In this document: in pieces, positions 27,268 through 36,668 of the stretch
Layout: every line of letters starts with the position of its first letter
How positions within the stretch are numbered: the first letter of the stretch is position 1
DNA from: Rhodospirillales bacterium
GTDB lineage: Bacteria > Pseudomonadota > Alphaproteobacteria > Rhodospirillales > JASLQF01
DNA length: 64,000 nucleotides
Assembly (NCBI GenBank): GCA_030744625.1
Contig: JASLQF010000044.1
Span: 66,506 to 130,505, forward strand
Reading direction: 5' to 3'
The notes under the pieces: model-generated
What the model saw: only the letters and a program-made list of their open reading frames with translations
What the model was told of the DNA's origin: nothing
Database searches by the model: none
Translations under genes and position numbers: made by a program

Positions 27268-28455
27268 ATGCAAGACGACTTTGGCGCCTTCTGCCGTCAT
27301 GCCGAGGTAAACGTCCCCGGCGCGCCCGAGGGCCCACTCGCCGGGCTGACCTTCGGCGCCAAGGACCTGTTCGACGTCGCCGGGTTCGTCACCGGCGCCG
27401 GCAGCCCCGAATGGCTGCGCACCCACGGCGAGGCCGAAACCACCGCCCCCGCCGTCCAGGCCTTGATCGACGCCGGCGCCGAACTCGTCGGCAAGACCGC
27501 CGTCGACGAACTCGCCTTCAGCATCACCGGGGTGAACCCCCATTACGGGACTCCCGTCAATCCGCGCTGCCCGGACCGCCTGCCCGGCGGCTCGTCGTCG
27601 GGCTCCGGCGTGGCGGCTGCGGCCGGGCTCGTCGACTTCACGCTGGGCTCGGACACGGCGGGCTCGGTGCGCATCCCGGCCAGCTACAACGGCGTCTTCG
27701 GCATCCGCCCGACCCATGGCCGCCTTCCCCTCGAAGGCGTGGTGGCGCTGTCGCCCTCTTTCGACGCCGCCGGCTGGTTGGCCCGCGACGCGGCGCTTCT
27801 CGACGACATCGGCCAGGTCTATTTCACCGACGCGCCGGGGGCCTGGGGACCCTTCGATATGGTCATCGTCGAGGATGCCTTCGCCCAGGCCCTGCCGGCG
27901 GCCGGCGCGGCACTGGCCCCGGCGTTGGAGCGCCTGTCGGGGCTGGCGTCGAGCGTCGAACGCGCCGTGCTGGCGCCGCAGGGACTGCAAGCATGGTTCG
28001 AGGCTTTCCGCACCATCGAGTTCGCCGAGGCCTGGGCCACCCACGCCACCTGGATCGGGCAAGCGGGGCCCGCCCTCAAGCCCGACATCCGGGGGCGTTT
28101 CGAAGAGGGATCGCGCATCACAGCAGACGAGGTGGCCGCCGCCACCGCGGCGCGGCGCGCCATCGTGGACCGGCTCGAAGGCGTCGTCGGCGGCGGGGGC
28201 GTGCTCGTCCTGCCCACCGCCCCCGGCGCCGCGCCGCCCAAGGACGCCCCGGCCGCCGAGTTGCAGGACCGCCGCGAGCGCACCATGCGGATCACGTGTA
28301 TCGCCGGGCTCGGCGGCCTGCCCGAGATATCGATTCCGGCGGCCACCGTGGAGGGATGCCCGCTCGGACTTTCCATCGCCGCCGCCCGGGGAAGCGACTC
28401 GCGCCTCCTCTCCCTGGCGCGGCGGCTGGCCCCCGAAATCGTCGCCGTGGGCTGA
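27268..28455 (+). CDS. AS-family amidase (AMI1-like)
   Basis: From the ATG at 27268: MQDDFGAF...GLTFGAKDLFDVAGFVTGAGSPEW...GGSSSGSGVAAAAG...GSDTAGSVRIPAS. The upstream part of the 485-aa track ORF overlaps maiA. Confidence 0.85.
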   Translation: MQDDFGAFCRHAEVNVPGAPEGPLAGLTFGAKDLFDVAGFVTGAGSPEWLRTHGEAETTAPAVQALIDAGAELVGKTAVDELAFSITGVNPHYGTPVNPRCPDRLPGGSSSGSGVAAAAGLVDFTLGSDTAGSVRIPASYNGVFGIRPTHGRLPLEGVVALSPSFDAAGWLARDAALLDDIGQVYFTDAPGAWGPFDMVIVEDAFAQALPAAGAALAPALERLSGLASSVERAVLAPQGLQAWFEAFRTIEFAEAWATHATWIGQAGPALKPDIRGRFEEGSRITADEVAAATAARRAIVDRLEGVVGGGGVLVLPTAPGAAPPKDAPAAELQDRRERTMRITCIAGLGGLPEISIPAATVEGCPLGLSIAAARGSDSRLLSLARRLAPEIVAVG

Positions 28456-28477
28456 TAACCCCGGGACGTTCAGGCCT

Positions 28478-29245
28478 TCACACGCGGAACGATGCCTCGG
28501 CTCGCGCGTCGTCGGCCTGGTTCGGCGCGTAGCTCTCCCACTTGTCCCTGTAGTAGCGCGCCCTCATGTCCCCGTCCGATTGCCTGTTGAAGGTCAGGAA
28601 GATATTGCGCCGGCTCCTGTCGCCGGTATTGGGGGGGGACCCGTGGGGCACATAGGCGTCGAAGAAGATGACGTCCCCGGGGTCGGCTTCGAGCAGCACG
28701 TATTCGTCCGCCGGCGAATAGGGGGGGTCGTCCTCGCTGAGGGGCTGCCACTCCGGCGTCATCAGCCCGCGTTCGTAGTTTCCCGACATCATGAAGCTGA
28801 GGGCCGCGTTGTCCAATCTGTTGGCGTCGACGACGGTGCCCATGGTGATGAAGAAGTCGGAATAAGGGTCCCAGCCGGCGGCCTGATCCTGATGCAGCTT
28901 GTCGGCCCGGCAGCCGGGGAGCTTGTAGTTGATCTTCTCCTTGAAGAGAACGGGGGGCTCGCCAAGAAGCTGGGTCAGGCATTCGATGGCCTCCGGCGAA
29001 AGAAGAAGCCCGGAGAGTTCCGGGTTGAGATCGCCCAGCACGTTCTCGATGCGCACCAGGATGCTCTCGCCGGTGATCGAGCTCTTCTCGTAATACTTCG
29101 CCTCCTCGCCCGCCGCAGGTTGCTTTTCGCGCAGCTCGTCCAGCAGTGCCGAGACCCTGCCCATTACTTTGGCGTCGAAGAAGCCCTTTACGACGACGAA
29201 GCCCTTGTCCTTGAATACCTTGGTTTGTTCTTCGGTCAGGAACAT
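28478..29245 (-). CDS. Phytanoyl-CoA dioxygenase (PhyH) family Fe(II)/2-oxoglutarate oxygenase
   Basis: It shows FLTEEQ..F.DKGFVVVKGFF, an HQD iron ligand motif and a distal H (VPHGS). The ATG at 29245 has a strong SD (AGGGAGGA) 8 nt upstream, so I prefer it over the ATG at 29305. Confidence 0.8.
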   Translation of the reverse strand: MFLTEEQTKVFKDKGFVVVKGFFDAKVMGRVSALLDELREKQPAAGEEAKYYEKSSITGESILVRIENVLGDLNPELSGLLLSPEAIECLTQLLGEPPVLFKEKINYKLPGCRADKLHQDQAAGWDPYSDFFITMGTVVDANRLDNAALSFMMSGNYERGLMTPEWQPLSEDDPPYSPADEYVLLEADPGDVIFFDAYVPHGSPPNTGDRSRRNIFLTFNRQSDGDMRARYYRDKWESYAPNQADDARAEASFRV

Positions 29246-29425
29246 CTCACCTATCCTCCCTTTCAAAACGAGCGATTCCTTAACGGAAGTGCGGCGGCCG
29301 TTCATTGATCAGAGTCAATTTATGGGCGAACATTCCGCGTCCCTGTGCAAAATTTGACTTTGACCGTCGCTTCCCAGGGACAAGTATCGAGAACGTGGAG
29401 GCGACACATTGGGGGATGAAAGGCC

Positions 29426-30124
29426 ATGCCGAGAGGAGGAACCAGTACCGGGGTGGTTCGGCGTCTGTCCGATCCGAATTTTCTCAACCGCTATTTCGTC
29501 GGCAACGGGATCGATATCGGCGGCAGGGTCGATCCCCTCGTCGCCTACCGGGAAATGTTCCCGAGGATGGCCGAGGTGCGCACCTGGGACCTGAACGACG
29601 GCGACGCCCAGTTCATGGAAGGGGTCGAGGACGAAACCTACCACTTCGTCTATTCGAGCCACTGCCTGGAGCACCTGAACGACGCGCAAGAAGGCTTGAG
29701 GAATTGGTTCAGAATCCTCAAGCCCGGCGGACACATGGTGGTCGTCGTGCCCGACGAGGACCTTTACGAGCAAGGCACCTTCCCGAGCACCTTCAACCGT
29801 GACCACAAAGTCACTTTTACGATCTGGAAAAACAGGTCCTGGAGCGACACGTCGATCAGCGTCCTCGGCTTGGTCCAAACCCTTGGAGACGAGGCGGACG
29901 TCGTGAAGATCCAGTTACTGGATTCCACCTTCCGCTATCAGCTGCCGAGGATGGACCAGACCCTGACCCCCATCGCGGAAAGCGCCATCGAGTTCGTCGT
30001 CCGCAAGCGCCCCAACGAGGAAGTGGAAAAAGGCGGACGCCTGCCGACGCAGACGGCCGAGTTGTCGGATGAGGCGTACTGGGTGCTGACCGGTATCGAC
30101 CGGCGCAAATCAAAGCCCGAATGA
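29426..30124 (+). CDS. Class I SAM-dependent methyltransferase
   Basis: 232 aa with motif I GIDIGG, followed by FVYSSHCLEHL...RILKPGGHMVVVVPD. Confidence 0.75.
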   Translation: MPRGGTSTGVVRRLSDPNFLNRYFVGNGIDIGGRVDPLVAYREMFPRMAEVRTWDLNDGDAQFMEGVEDETYHFVYSSHCLEHLNDAQEGLRNWFRILKPGGHMVVVVPDEDLYEQGTFPSTFNRDHKVTFTIWKNRSWSDTSISVLGLVQTLGDEADVVKIQLLDSTFRYQLPRMDQTLTPIAESAIEFVVRKRPNEEVEKGGRLPTQTAELSDEAYWVLTGIDRRKSKPE

Positions 30125-30408
30125 TGTGTTCGCACGACGCCGGAGGGTCACTTGCAGGACACGTTTCCGTGGCGTTTTTTGGGGCCTCGGATCAAAAAAA
30201 GGCTGAAATCGTCGGCCGCAATCTCAATATCTGTGTACAATGAGTGGAATCCCTAACTCAAGGAGAGGATGTCCGATGCTCCGCTAGCGCACCGGAGCCT
30301 CCTGCACCCACGGAATTGGAGCGTATTTCGAACTCAAGTCTTGGTCGGCCGGTTCGCCGAATAGCCGCCCATCCGTGAAACCATCTTAGGGCTTGGAGGA
30401 TCGCTCGA

Positions 30409-31209
30409 ATGGATTTCGCTACCCTTTCCGGTCTGATCATCGGGGTCACGGTCGTCACCCTGGCGATCATGACGGGATCGGACCTCAATATCTTCCTCAA
30501 TCTTCCGGGGATTCTCATCGTCGTCGGCGGCACCTTCGCCGCCACCATGATCAAGTTCCCGCTGTCCGGCGTGTTCATCTCCTTGCCCGTCGGCGTAATG
30601 GCCGCCTTCACCAACGAGAAGGAAAAGCCGGGAGACTTCATCAAAATCGCAATCCGGCTCAGCAAGCAGGCGCGCAAGGCCGGCCTGGTCAGCCTGGAAA
30701 AAGTCAAGGTCAAGAATCCCTTCTTCCGCAAGGGGGTCCAGCTGTGCGCCGACGGCCGCGACCTGGATTACATCCGCAAGGTGCTGACCCAGGAAATGGC
30801 GCTGTCAATCCAACGCGAGGAAGTGGGCGCGCGGGTGTTCCTGGCGATCGGGGAAGCGGCGCCCGCGTTCGGCATGTTCGGCACCCTGGTTGGACTGGTG
30901 CAAATGCTGAGCAACATGAAGGACCCGACCACCATCGGCGGGGCCATGGCGGTGGCACTTCTGACCACCCTTTACGGCGTTTTGATCGCCAACCTCATCG
31001 CGCTGCCCATCGCCGACAAGCTGCAAGCCAAGAGCGCCAAGGAAAGAGAACACCGCTCGCTGATCATCGAATGCGTGTTCCAGATCCAACAGCTACAGAA
31101 CCCCACCTCCATGCGCGATATTCTCGAGCCCTACCTGCCCGAAAAGCAACGCCAGGTCGGCGCCAAGGATTCCTATACGGGTGGCGGTGAACGGAAAGCG
31201 ATTAATTAA
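30409..31209 (+). CDS. motA: Flagellar-type stator protein MotA/PomA family
   Basis: 266 aa with four TM helices. The conserved C-terminal half reads AAPAFGMFGTLVGLVQML...GGAMAVALLTTLYGVLIANLI.LP. Confidence 0.85.
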   Translation: MDFATLSGLIIGVTVVTLAIMTGSDLNIFLNLPGILIVVGGTFAATMIKFPLSGVFISLPVGVMAAFTNEKEKPGDFIKIAIRLSKQARKAGLVSLEKVKVKNPFFRKGVQLCADGRDLDYIRKVLTQEMALSIQREEVGARVFLAIGEAAPAFGMFGTLVGLVQMLSNMKDPTTIGGAMAVALLTTLYGVLIANLIALPIADKLQAKSAKEREHRSLIIECVFQIQQLQNPTSMRDILEPYLPEKQRQVGAKDSYTGGGERKAIN

Positions 31210-31211
31210 GG

Positions 31212-31970
31212 ATGGACACCGGCGCGACCAAAATCGTCAATCCGGCCGGCGCGCCGCGCTGGATGGTGACCTTCGCCGATCTCATGGCGCTGCTGTTTGC
31301 GCTGTTCGTTCTGCTGCTGTCGTTTTCCGACATCGACAGCGATAGCTTCAAGAAAAACGCCGGACCCATCAGCGAGGCCTTCAACGCCAAGCCGACGGCC
31401 CTGCCAACGGCCATACCAAAGACGGAAACCGGCACGCCCTCGCCGACGGCGAGCCTTCGCCTCGACCTGGAACCGTCGGAAGAGGAAGTCGAACCGGAAC
31501 AACTCCGCACCCAGGCCAAAGTCTACTTGATCGATCAACTGCGATCGGCCCTGGCCGAGGAAATCGCCAGCAAACAAGTCGAGCTGGTCATCCAGGACAA
31601 TTATGTCGTCATCCGCTTCCCCAGCAAGTTCGCCTTCACATCGGGCGCCGAGGGACTGACCGATGCAATAAAGCCGACCATCGACAGTATCTCCAGGGTT
31701 CTGGCGCGAACACCCGGAAAGATCTTGATCGCCGGCCATACGGACGACACGCCCATTTCGACGGCCAGGTTCCGGTCCAATTGGGAGCTGTCCTCGGCGC
31801 GGGCGGTCTCGGTGGTCCACCGGCTGATCGCCAACAAGAGAATCGACCCCAGGCGCATCACCTCCCAGGGTTTCGCCGAACACCGTCCTCTCGCGTCCAA
31901 TGAATCGCCCGAGAAGCGCGCCAAGAACCGCCGCGTCGAGATATCCGTCGAAGTCCCCGTCGCCAAGTAG
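31212..31970 (+). CDS. motB: MotB/PomB family stator protein with OmpA-like peptidoglycan-binding domain
   Basis: 252 aa. The TM plug segment WMVTFADLMALLFALFVLL carries the essential Asp. The OmpA-like part reads GHTDD.P......SNWELSSARA. It begins 2 nt after motA. Confidence 0.85.
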   Translation: MDTGATKIVNPAGAPRWMVTFADLMALLFALFVLLLSFSDIDSDSFKKNAGPISEAFNAKPTALPTAIPKTETGTPSPTASLRLDLEPSEEEVEPEQLRTQAKVYLIDQLRSALAEEIASKQVELVIQDNYVVIRFPSKFAFTSGAEGLTDAIKPTIDSISRVLARTPGKILIAGHTDDTPISTARFRSNWELSSARAVSVVHRLIANKRIDPRRITSQGFAEHRPLASNESPEKRAKNRRVEISVEVPVAK

Positions 31971-32018
31971 CCATCCCCGCCGGCACCCGCCCGCGGCGAG
32001 GTCGCGAGACGCCGCCGG

Positions 32019-32055
32019 CCGCCCCCATCCGGCCGGCCATGGGGGCGGTTTCGAT
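32019..32055 (+). terminator. Rho-independent terminator candidate after motB
   Basis: A 10-bp perfect stem CCGCCCCCAT / ATGGGGGCGG with a 10-nt loop, followed by TTTCGATCTT. Confidence 0.5.
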
Positions 32056-32202
32056 CTTATGCGCTGCACGGCATTTCGAAATTCTTGCGCCCCCGCCGAC
32101 GGGTTCAGGTCAAACTTAAAGCGTGATACGGTTCGCGAGGCGGGTCAGCTCGCGAGAACAAATTTGGTTGACCAATAAAGAAGAGCTGGCACGGAGAACA
32201 CA

Positions 32203-35200
32203 TTGGCATCATTGAGATTGGGCGTCGATATCGGCGGCACCTTCACCGATCTGGTGGCGCAAAAGAGCGATGGCTCGCTTAGCGTCCTTAAAGTGGCAAC
32301 GACACCTGAAAATCCGGGAGACGCCGTCGTCACCGGGCTCTTGCGGCTGCTCGACGATATTGGCGCCGATATGTCGGAGGTCACCGAAATCGTTCACGGA
32401 ACGACCGTGGGCTCCAACATCATCTTGCAGAAAGCGGGGGCTCGCACCGGTCTTCTGACGACCAAGGGGTTCCGTGACGTCCTTGAAATCGGTCGGATCC
32501 GCACCCCGGTCATGTTCGATCTTACCTGGGAAAAACCCCAACCCTTGTCGCCGCGCCGCTATCGCCGGGAGGTTGGCGAGCGCATCGGGGCAAACGCGGA
32601 AATCATCCATCCGCTGGACGAGGACGATGTTCGCGACGCGGCGGCGTTCTTGCAGGAGGAAGGTGTCGAGGCGGTTGCCGTTTGTTTCTTGAACAGTTTT
32701 GTCAACGACGCGCACGAACGGCGGGCCCGCGAAATTCTTGAACGCGAGTTTCCACGACTGCTGGTCACCGCGTCCTTCGACGTTCTCCCAGAGATCAAGG
32801 AATACGAGCGCACCAGCACCACGGTGGTCAACGCATACCTGTTGAAGGAAATGCGACGATATCTGGAGGAACTGACGGGGCGCTTGAGCGACGCTGGATT
32901 GCGCGCGCCGCTTCGAGTGGTGACCTCGCAAGGGGGCATGATCACGGCGTCCGCGGCCGCCGACAAACCGGTTTTTGTGGTCGGATCGGGCCCGGCCGGG
33001 GGCGTTATCGGTGCGGCTCGCCTGGGCACGGCGCTGGGCAAAGAAGACACCATCGTCTTCGACATGGGCGGAACGACGGCCAAGGCGTCCGTCGTCGAAT
33101 CAGGCAAGCCCACGGTGACCACCGAGTATGAGTTCCGCGAGGGGATGAGCACTTCCAGCCGGTTTCTCAAAGGGGGAGGCTACATGCTCAAGGTGCCGGC
33201 AATCGATATTGCCGAAGTCGGCGCCGGTGGCGGATCCATCGCCTGGATCGATGAGGGTGGCCTCTTGCGCGTCGGACCGCGCTCCGCCGGGGCCGACCCC
33301 GGACCCGCCTGTTACGGGCGGAGCAACGAGAAACCGACGGTGACGGACGCCGATGTTTATCTCGGCTATTTGAACCCTCGCGGGCTTGCCGGAGGCAGCT
33401 TGGCGATCAATCCGGAGCTTTCCGAAACAGCCATTCGAACCTGCGTGGCCGAGCCGCTTGGCATCTCCGTGCTGGAAGCGGCACAAGGAATCCGCAGGAT
33501 CGCCAACCTCGAAATGGCCCGCGCCATTCGTTCCGTGACCGTCGAACGCGGGCAGGACGCCCGCGATATGACCTTGATGGCGGCGGGCGGCGGAGGCCCC
33601 GCCCATGCCGGCGAGGTGGCCGAGATCCTGGGCATCAAGAAAGTGGTCGTGACCCCGCTGTCCGGCGTCTTCTGTTCCCTCGGCATGTTGAGCGCGGACG
33701 TCGAGTACAGCTTCGTGCGAACCGTATTGACGCCCCTCGATGACCTCGATCCGGGACTGCTCCACGACAACGCCCGGGACCTGAGGAGCGAGGCAAACGA
33801 GCGCATGATGGAAGAGGGCTTTCCGGCGGACGCGGTCATTCATGAATACTCGGTGGACGTGCGTTACGTCGGGCAATCATCCGAGGTGATGCTGGACTAT
33901 GGCCTCGAAATGTCGGCGCAAGACATTCGGCGAAGCTTTCTCGAGGCTTATATGCGCCTCTACGACCACACCACCGAAGAGCCTGTTGAAATTTGCAACC
34001 TCCGCCTCGTGGCCCGGGGTCGCCACGATAATGTTTTCGACTTCAAGGGTCTGCGGGTCGACGAAGCACCCGTTTCCGGGACGGTCGGGGAACGCTCCGC
34101 CTTCTTCCCATCCACCGAGGCGTTCGCGCCGACCGCCGTCCATCAGCGCTCCTGTCTCGGCACGGCGCCGGTCCAAGGCCCGGCAATCATCGAGGCGTAC
34201 GACACCACGATTGTCGTGCCGCCGGGCGCCACCGCCACGGCGGACCGCACCGGAAGCATCGTCATGGAAATCGAAAATGGGGCCGGGAAAGTCACAAACG
34301 AAGGGATCGATCCCATAACCTTGGCGGTCATCAAGAACGCCTTGGATTCGATCGTCGACGAAGTCGCTTACACGATCTTGAGGACGGCGCGATCGGAGAT
34401 CGTCAAGGACGTGATGGACTATTCGGCGGCCCTTTGCGACGTCAACGGGGAAATGATCGCGCAAGCGAAAACCGTCGCCTTGCATCTCGGTGCCGTGCCC
34501 GAAGCGATGAAAGTGGTCATCGAGCGCTATGGAGACGATCTTCGGCCCAATGATGCCGTTATCTTGAATGACCCCTATCAAGGCGGCATGCATCTGCCCG
34601 ATATTTTCATGTTCCTGCCGATCTTTTTCGAGGACCAGCTACAAGGTTTCAGCGTGGTGATTTGTCACCATACCGATGTCGGTGGGCGCGTTGCCGGCTC
34701 AAACGCCAGCGATTCGACGGAGATTTTCCAGGAGGGTTTGCGAATTCCGGCGCTCAAGCTTTACGAGGGCGGTGTCATGAACCCGGTGTTGAGCGCGCTT
34801 ATCGAGACCAACGTACGCCTCCCCGATCTTGTGCTCGGTGACTTGAAAGCCCAGTACACGTCCTGCCAGGTGGGTGCCCGGGAGGTTCGAAAGCTGTTCG
34901 GGAAATACGGTGTTGCCACGGCAAGGACTTATTTTGCCGAACTCCTCGACTATGCGGAGCGCATGACGCGCGGCGAGATTTCCGCGTGGCCGGACGGCAC
35001 TTACGGCTTTACGGACTACATCGACGACACCGGCCTCAGCGAGGAGCCCCTGCCAATTCAGGTCGCCATCACGGTCGATGGTGACCGGCTGTTCGTCGAC
35101 TACGAGGGATCCTCGCCCCAGGTCGACGCGGCGCTCAACGCCACCAAGTCCTACACCAATTCCTGCTCCTACCTCAGCGTGCGTTCGGTTCTGGAGGGGG

Positions 35201-35994
35201 ATATTCCGAACAACGCCGGCGTCTTCCGCTGCATCGAAGTCAAGGCGCCCGAAGCGTCTATACTCAATCCCGTCATGCCGGCGCCCTGCGCGGCGCGGGC
35301 GCTGACCGGGTATCGGGTCTTCGACACCATGCTGGGCGCCTTGAGCCAGATCGTTCCCCATCGTGTACCGGCCGCCGGGGAGGGTGGCAACACGGTCGTC
35401 TGTATCGGCGGCTATCGGCCCGACAAGACCCCCTTCATCGTTGTCGACATGATCTGCGGCGCGTGGGGCGCCAGACCGGACCGGGACGGCATAGAGGCCA
35501 TCACCAACCCGTCTCAAAATCTGTCCAATACGCCGATCGAGACGATGGAAGCGCGCCAACCGATTCGGATCGAGGAATACGCGCTAATTCCCGACAGTTG
35601 CGGTGCCGGGAAGTGGCGAGGCGGCCTCGGGGTCACGCGATCCTATCGCCTGCTGAGCGACAACGCGATCCTGCAATTGCGCGCCGACCGCATACGGTTC
35701 AAACCTTATGGCCTGAGCGGTGGCGAGCCGGCCACCGGATGCGCCAACAAGATCTTCCGCGACGGGCGGTGGGAGACGTTGCCCGGCAAGATCACCAGCA
35801 AGATCCAAAAAGGCGACCTCGTTCGTCACGAACAGGCGGGCGGCGGCGGGTTCGGCGATCCCCTCGAACGTGATCCGGACCTTGTCGCCGAGGACGTGTG
35901 GAACGAAAAGATATCCCTCGAATTCGCCCTCAAGCATCACGGCGTGGACGTGGATGGGGAGACATTCGAAGCCAACGACCCCAAGAAGGGATGA
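32203..35994 (+). CDS. Fused hydantoinase A/B (HyuA-HyuB) ATP-dependent N-methylhydantoinase / 5-oxoprolinase family protein
   Basis: 1263 aa. The N-terminal half (LGVDIGGTFTDLV...) is HyuA-like and the C-terminal half (DPITLAVIKNALDSIVDEVAYTILRTARS...) is HyuB-like. It apparently starts at a TTG at 32203. Confidence 0.9.
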   Translation: MASLRLGVDIGGTFTDLVAQKSDGSLSVLKVATTPENPGDAVVTGLLRLLDDIGADMSEVTEIVHGTTVGSNIILQKAGARTGLLTTKGFRDVLEIGRIRTPVMFDLTWEKPQPLSPRRYRREVGERIGANAEIIHPLDEDDVRDAAAFLQEEGVEAVAVCFLNSFVNDAHERRAREILEREFPRLLVTASFDVLPEIKEYERTSTTVVNAYLLKEMRRYLEELTGRLSDAGLRAPLRVVTSQGGMITASAAADKPVFVVGSGPAGGVIGAARLGTALGKEDTIVFDMGGTTAKASVVESGKPTVTTEYEFREGMSTSSRFLKGGGYMLKVPAIDIAEVGAGGGSIAWIDEGGLLRVGPRSAGADPGPACYGRSNEKPTVTDADVYLGYLNPRGLAGGSLAINPELSETAIRTCVAEPLGISVLEAAQGIRRIANLEMARAIRSVTVERGQDARDMTLMAAGGGGPAHAGEVAEILGIKKVVVTPLSGVFCSLGMLSADVEYSFVRTVLTPLDDLDPGLLHDNARDLRSEANERMMEEGFPADAVIHEYSVDVRYVGQSSEVMLDYGLEMSAQDIRRSFLEAYMRLYDHTTEEPVEICNLRLVARGRHDNVFDFKGLRVDEAPVSGTVGERSAFFPSTEAFAPTAVHQRSCLGTAPVQGPAIIEAYDTTIVVPPGATATADRTGSIVMEIENGAGKVTNEGIDPITLAVIKNALDSIVDEVAYTILRTARSEIVKDVMDYSAALCDVNGEMIAQAKTVALHLGAVPEAMKVVIERYGDDLRPNDAVILNDPYQGGMHLPDIFMFLPIFFEDQLQGFSVVICHHTDVGGRVAGSNASDSTEIFQEGLRIPALKLYEGGVMNPVLSALIETNVRLPDLVLGDLKAQYTSCQVGAREVRKLFGKYGVATARTYFAELLDYAERMTRGEISAWPDGTYGFTDYIDDTGLSEEPLPIQVAITVDGDRLFVDYEGSSPQVDAALNATKSYTNSCSYLSVRSVLEGDIPNNAGVFRCIEVKAPEASILNPVMPAPCAARALTGYRVFDTMLGALSQIVPHRVPAAGEGGNTVVCIGGYRPDKTPFIVVDMICGAWGARPDRDGIEAITNPSQNLSNTPIETMEARQPIRIEEYALIPDSCGAGKWRGGLGVTRSYRLLSDNAILQLRADRIRFKPYGLSGGEPATGCANKIFRDGRWETLPGKITSKIQKGDLVRHEQAGGGGFGDPLERDPDLVAEDVWNEKISLEFALKHHGVDVDGETFEANDPKKG

Positions 35995-36040
35995 GCCGCC
36001 CCCGGTTCGGTGTTTGCGCGTCGACGTTGAGTCCCGTGAC

Positions 36041-36655
36041 CTAGGGCTCCGTCCGCAATCCCTTCTTGACGGCGGGGCGCGCCTCGATGGCATCAACCCA
36101 GCGCCTGACGGCGGGGAACCTGGCCAGCAGTTCGTCGTCGCGCCGGGGGCCGCCCATGAACGGGAACGCCGCGATGTCGGCAATGGAAAAATCGCCGAGC
36201 AGAAATTGGCGATCGGCGAGGCGGTCGTTCATGTACGCGAGATAGCGCTCGATCTCGCCTTGGAAGACATCGATGGCATATTCGTCCTGTTCGGGCAGCA
36301 GGAACTTGAAGCGGTTGCGGCCGTTGAAGGCCATGCCGATGTCGGAAAGCGCGAACATGGTCCATTCCAGGGCCTCGGCCCGCTCCGCGCCAAGCGTGGG
36401 CATGAGCTTGCCGGTCTTCTCGGCGAGGTAGAAGAGGATGGCCGGCGAGCCGTAGACCTTGGCCGCGTCCCCTTCCCCTTCGCCATCGACGATGGCCGGC
36501 ACCTTGCCGATGGGGGAGATGGCCCGGAACTCGGGCGTCTTCTGCGCGCCCTCGCGGATGTTGATCCAGTGGGCGGTGTAGGGCAGTTCCATCTCCTCGA
36601 GGGCGATGGAGGCCCTCCAGCAGTTGGGCGTAGCAAACATGTAAAGGCCGATCAT
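36041..36655 (-). CDS. Glutathione S-transferase
   Basis: From the ATG at 36655: MIGLYMFATPNCWRASIALEEMELPY...GKVPAIVD..., a GST N- plus C-domain pattern. The upstream part of the 275-aa track ORF overlaps the ligase gene. Confidence 0.85.
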   Translation of the reverse strand: MIGLYMFATPNCWRASIALEEMELPYTAHWINIREGAQKTPEFRAISPIGKVPAIVDGEGEGDAAKVYGSPAILFYLAEKTGKLMPTLGAERAEALEWTMFALSDIGMAFNGRNRFKFLLPEQDEYAIDVFQGEIERYLAYMNDRLADRQFLLGDFSIADIAAFPFMGGPRRDDELLARFPAVRRWVDAIEARPAVKKGLRTEP

Positions 36656-36668
36656 TGGTGTCTTCCCT

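Noticed and set aside
28631-28638. A G8 homopolymer, plus G7 runs near 28721 and 11881, as phase-variation switches.
   Set aside because: All lie in intact reading frames encoding Pro-Pro in a GC-rich genome, and nothing indicates length variation. I kept this only as a minor note under the PhyH finding.
30334-30363. A sigma-28 (FliA)-like promoter upstream of motA: TCAAG ... GCCGAATA.
   Set aside because: The -10-like GCCGAATA is a good match. However, the spacer to TCAAG is 17 nt, about 4 nt longer than the consensus I remember, so the call is not supportable without TSS data.
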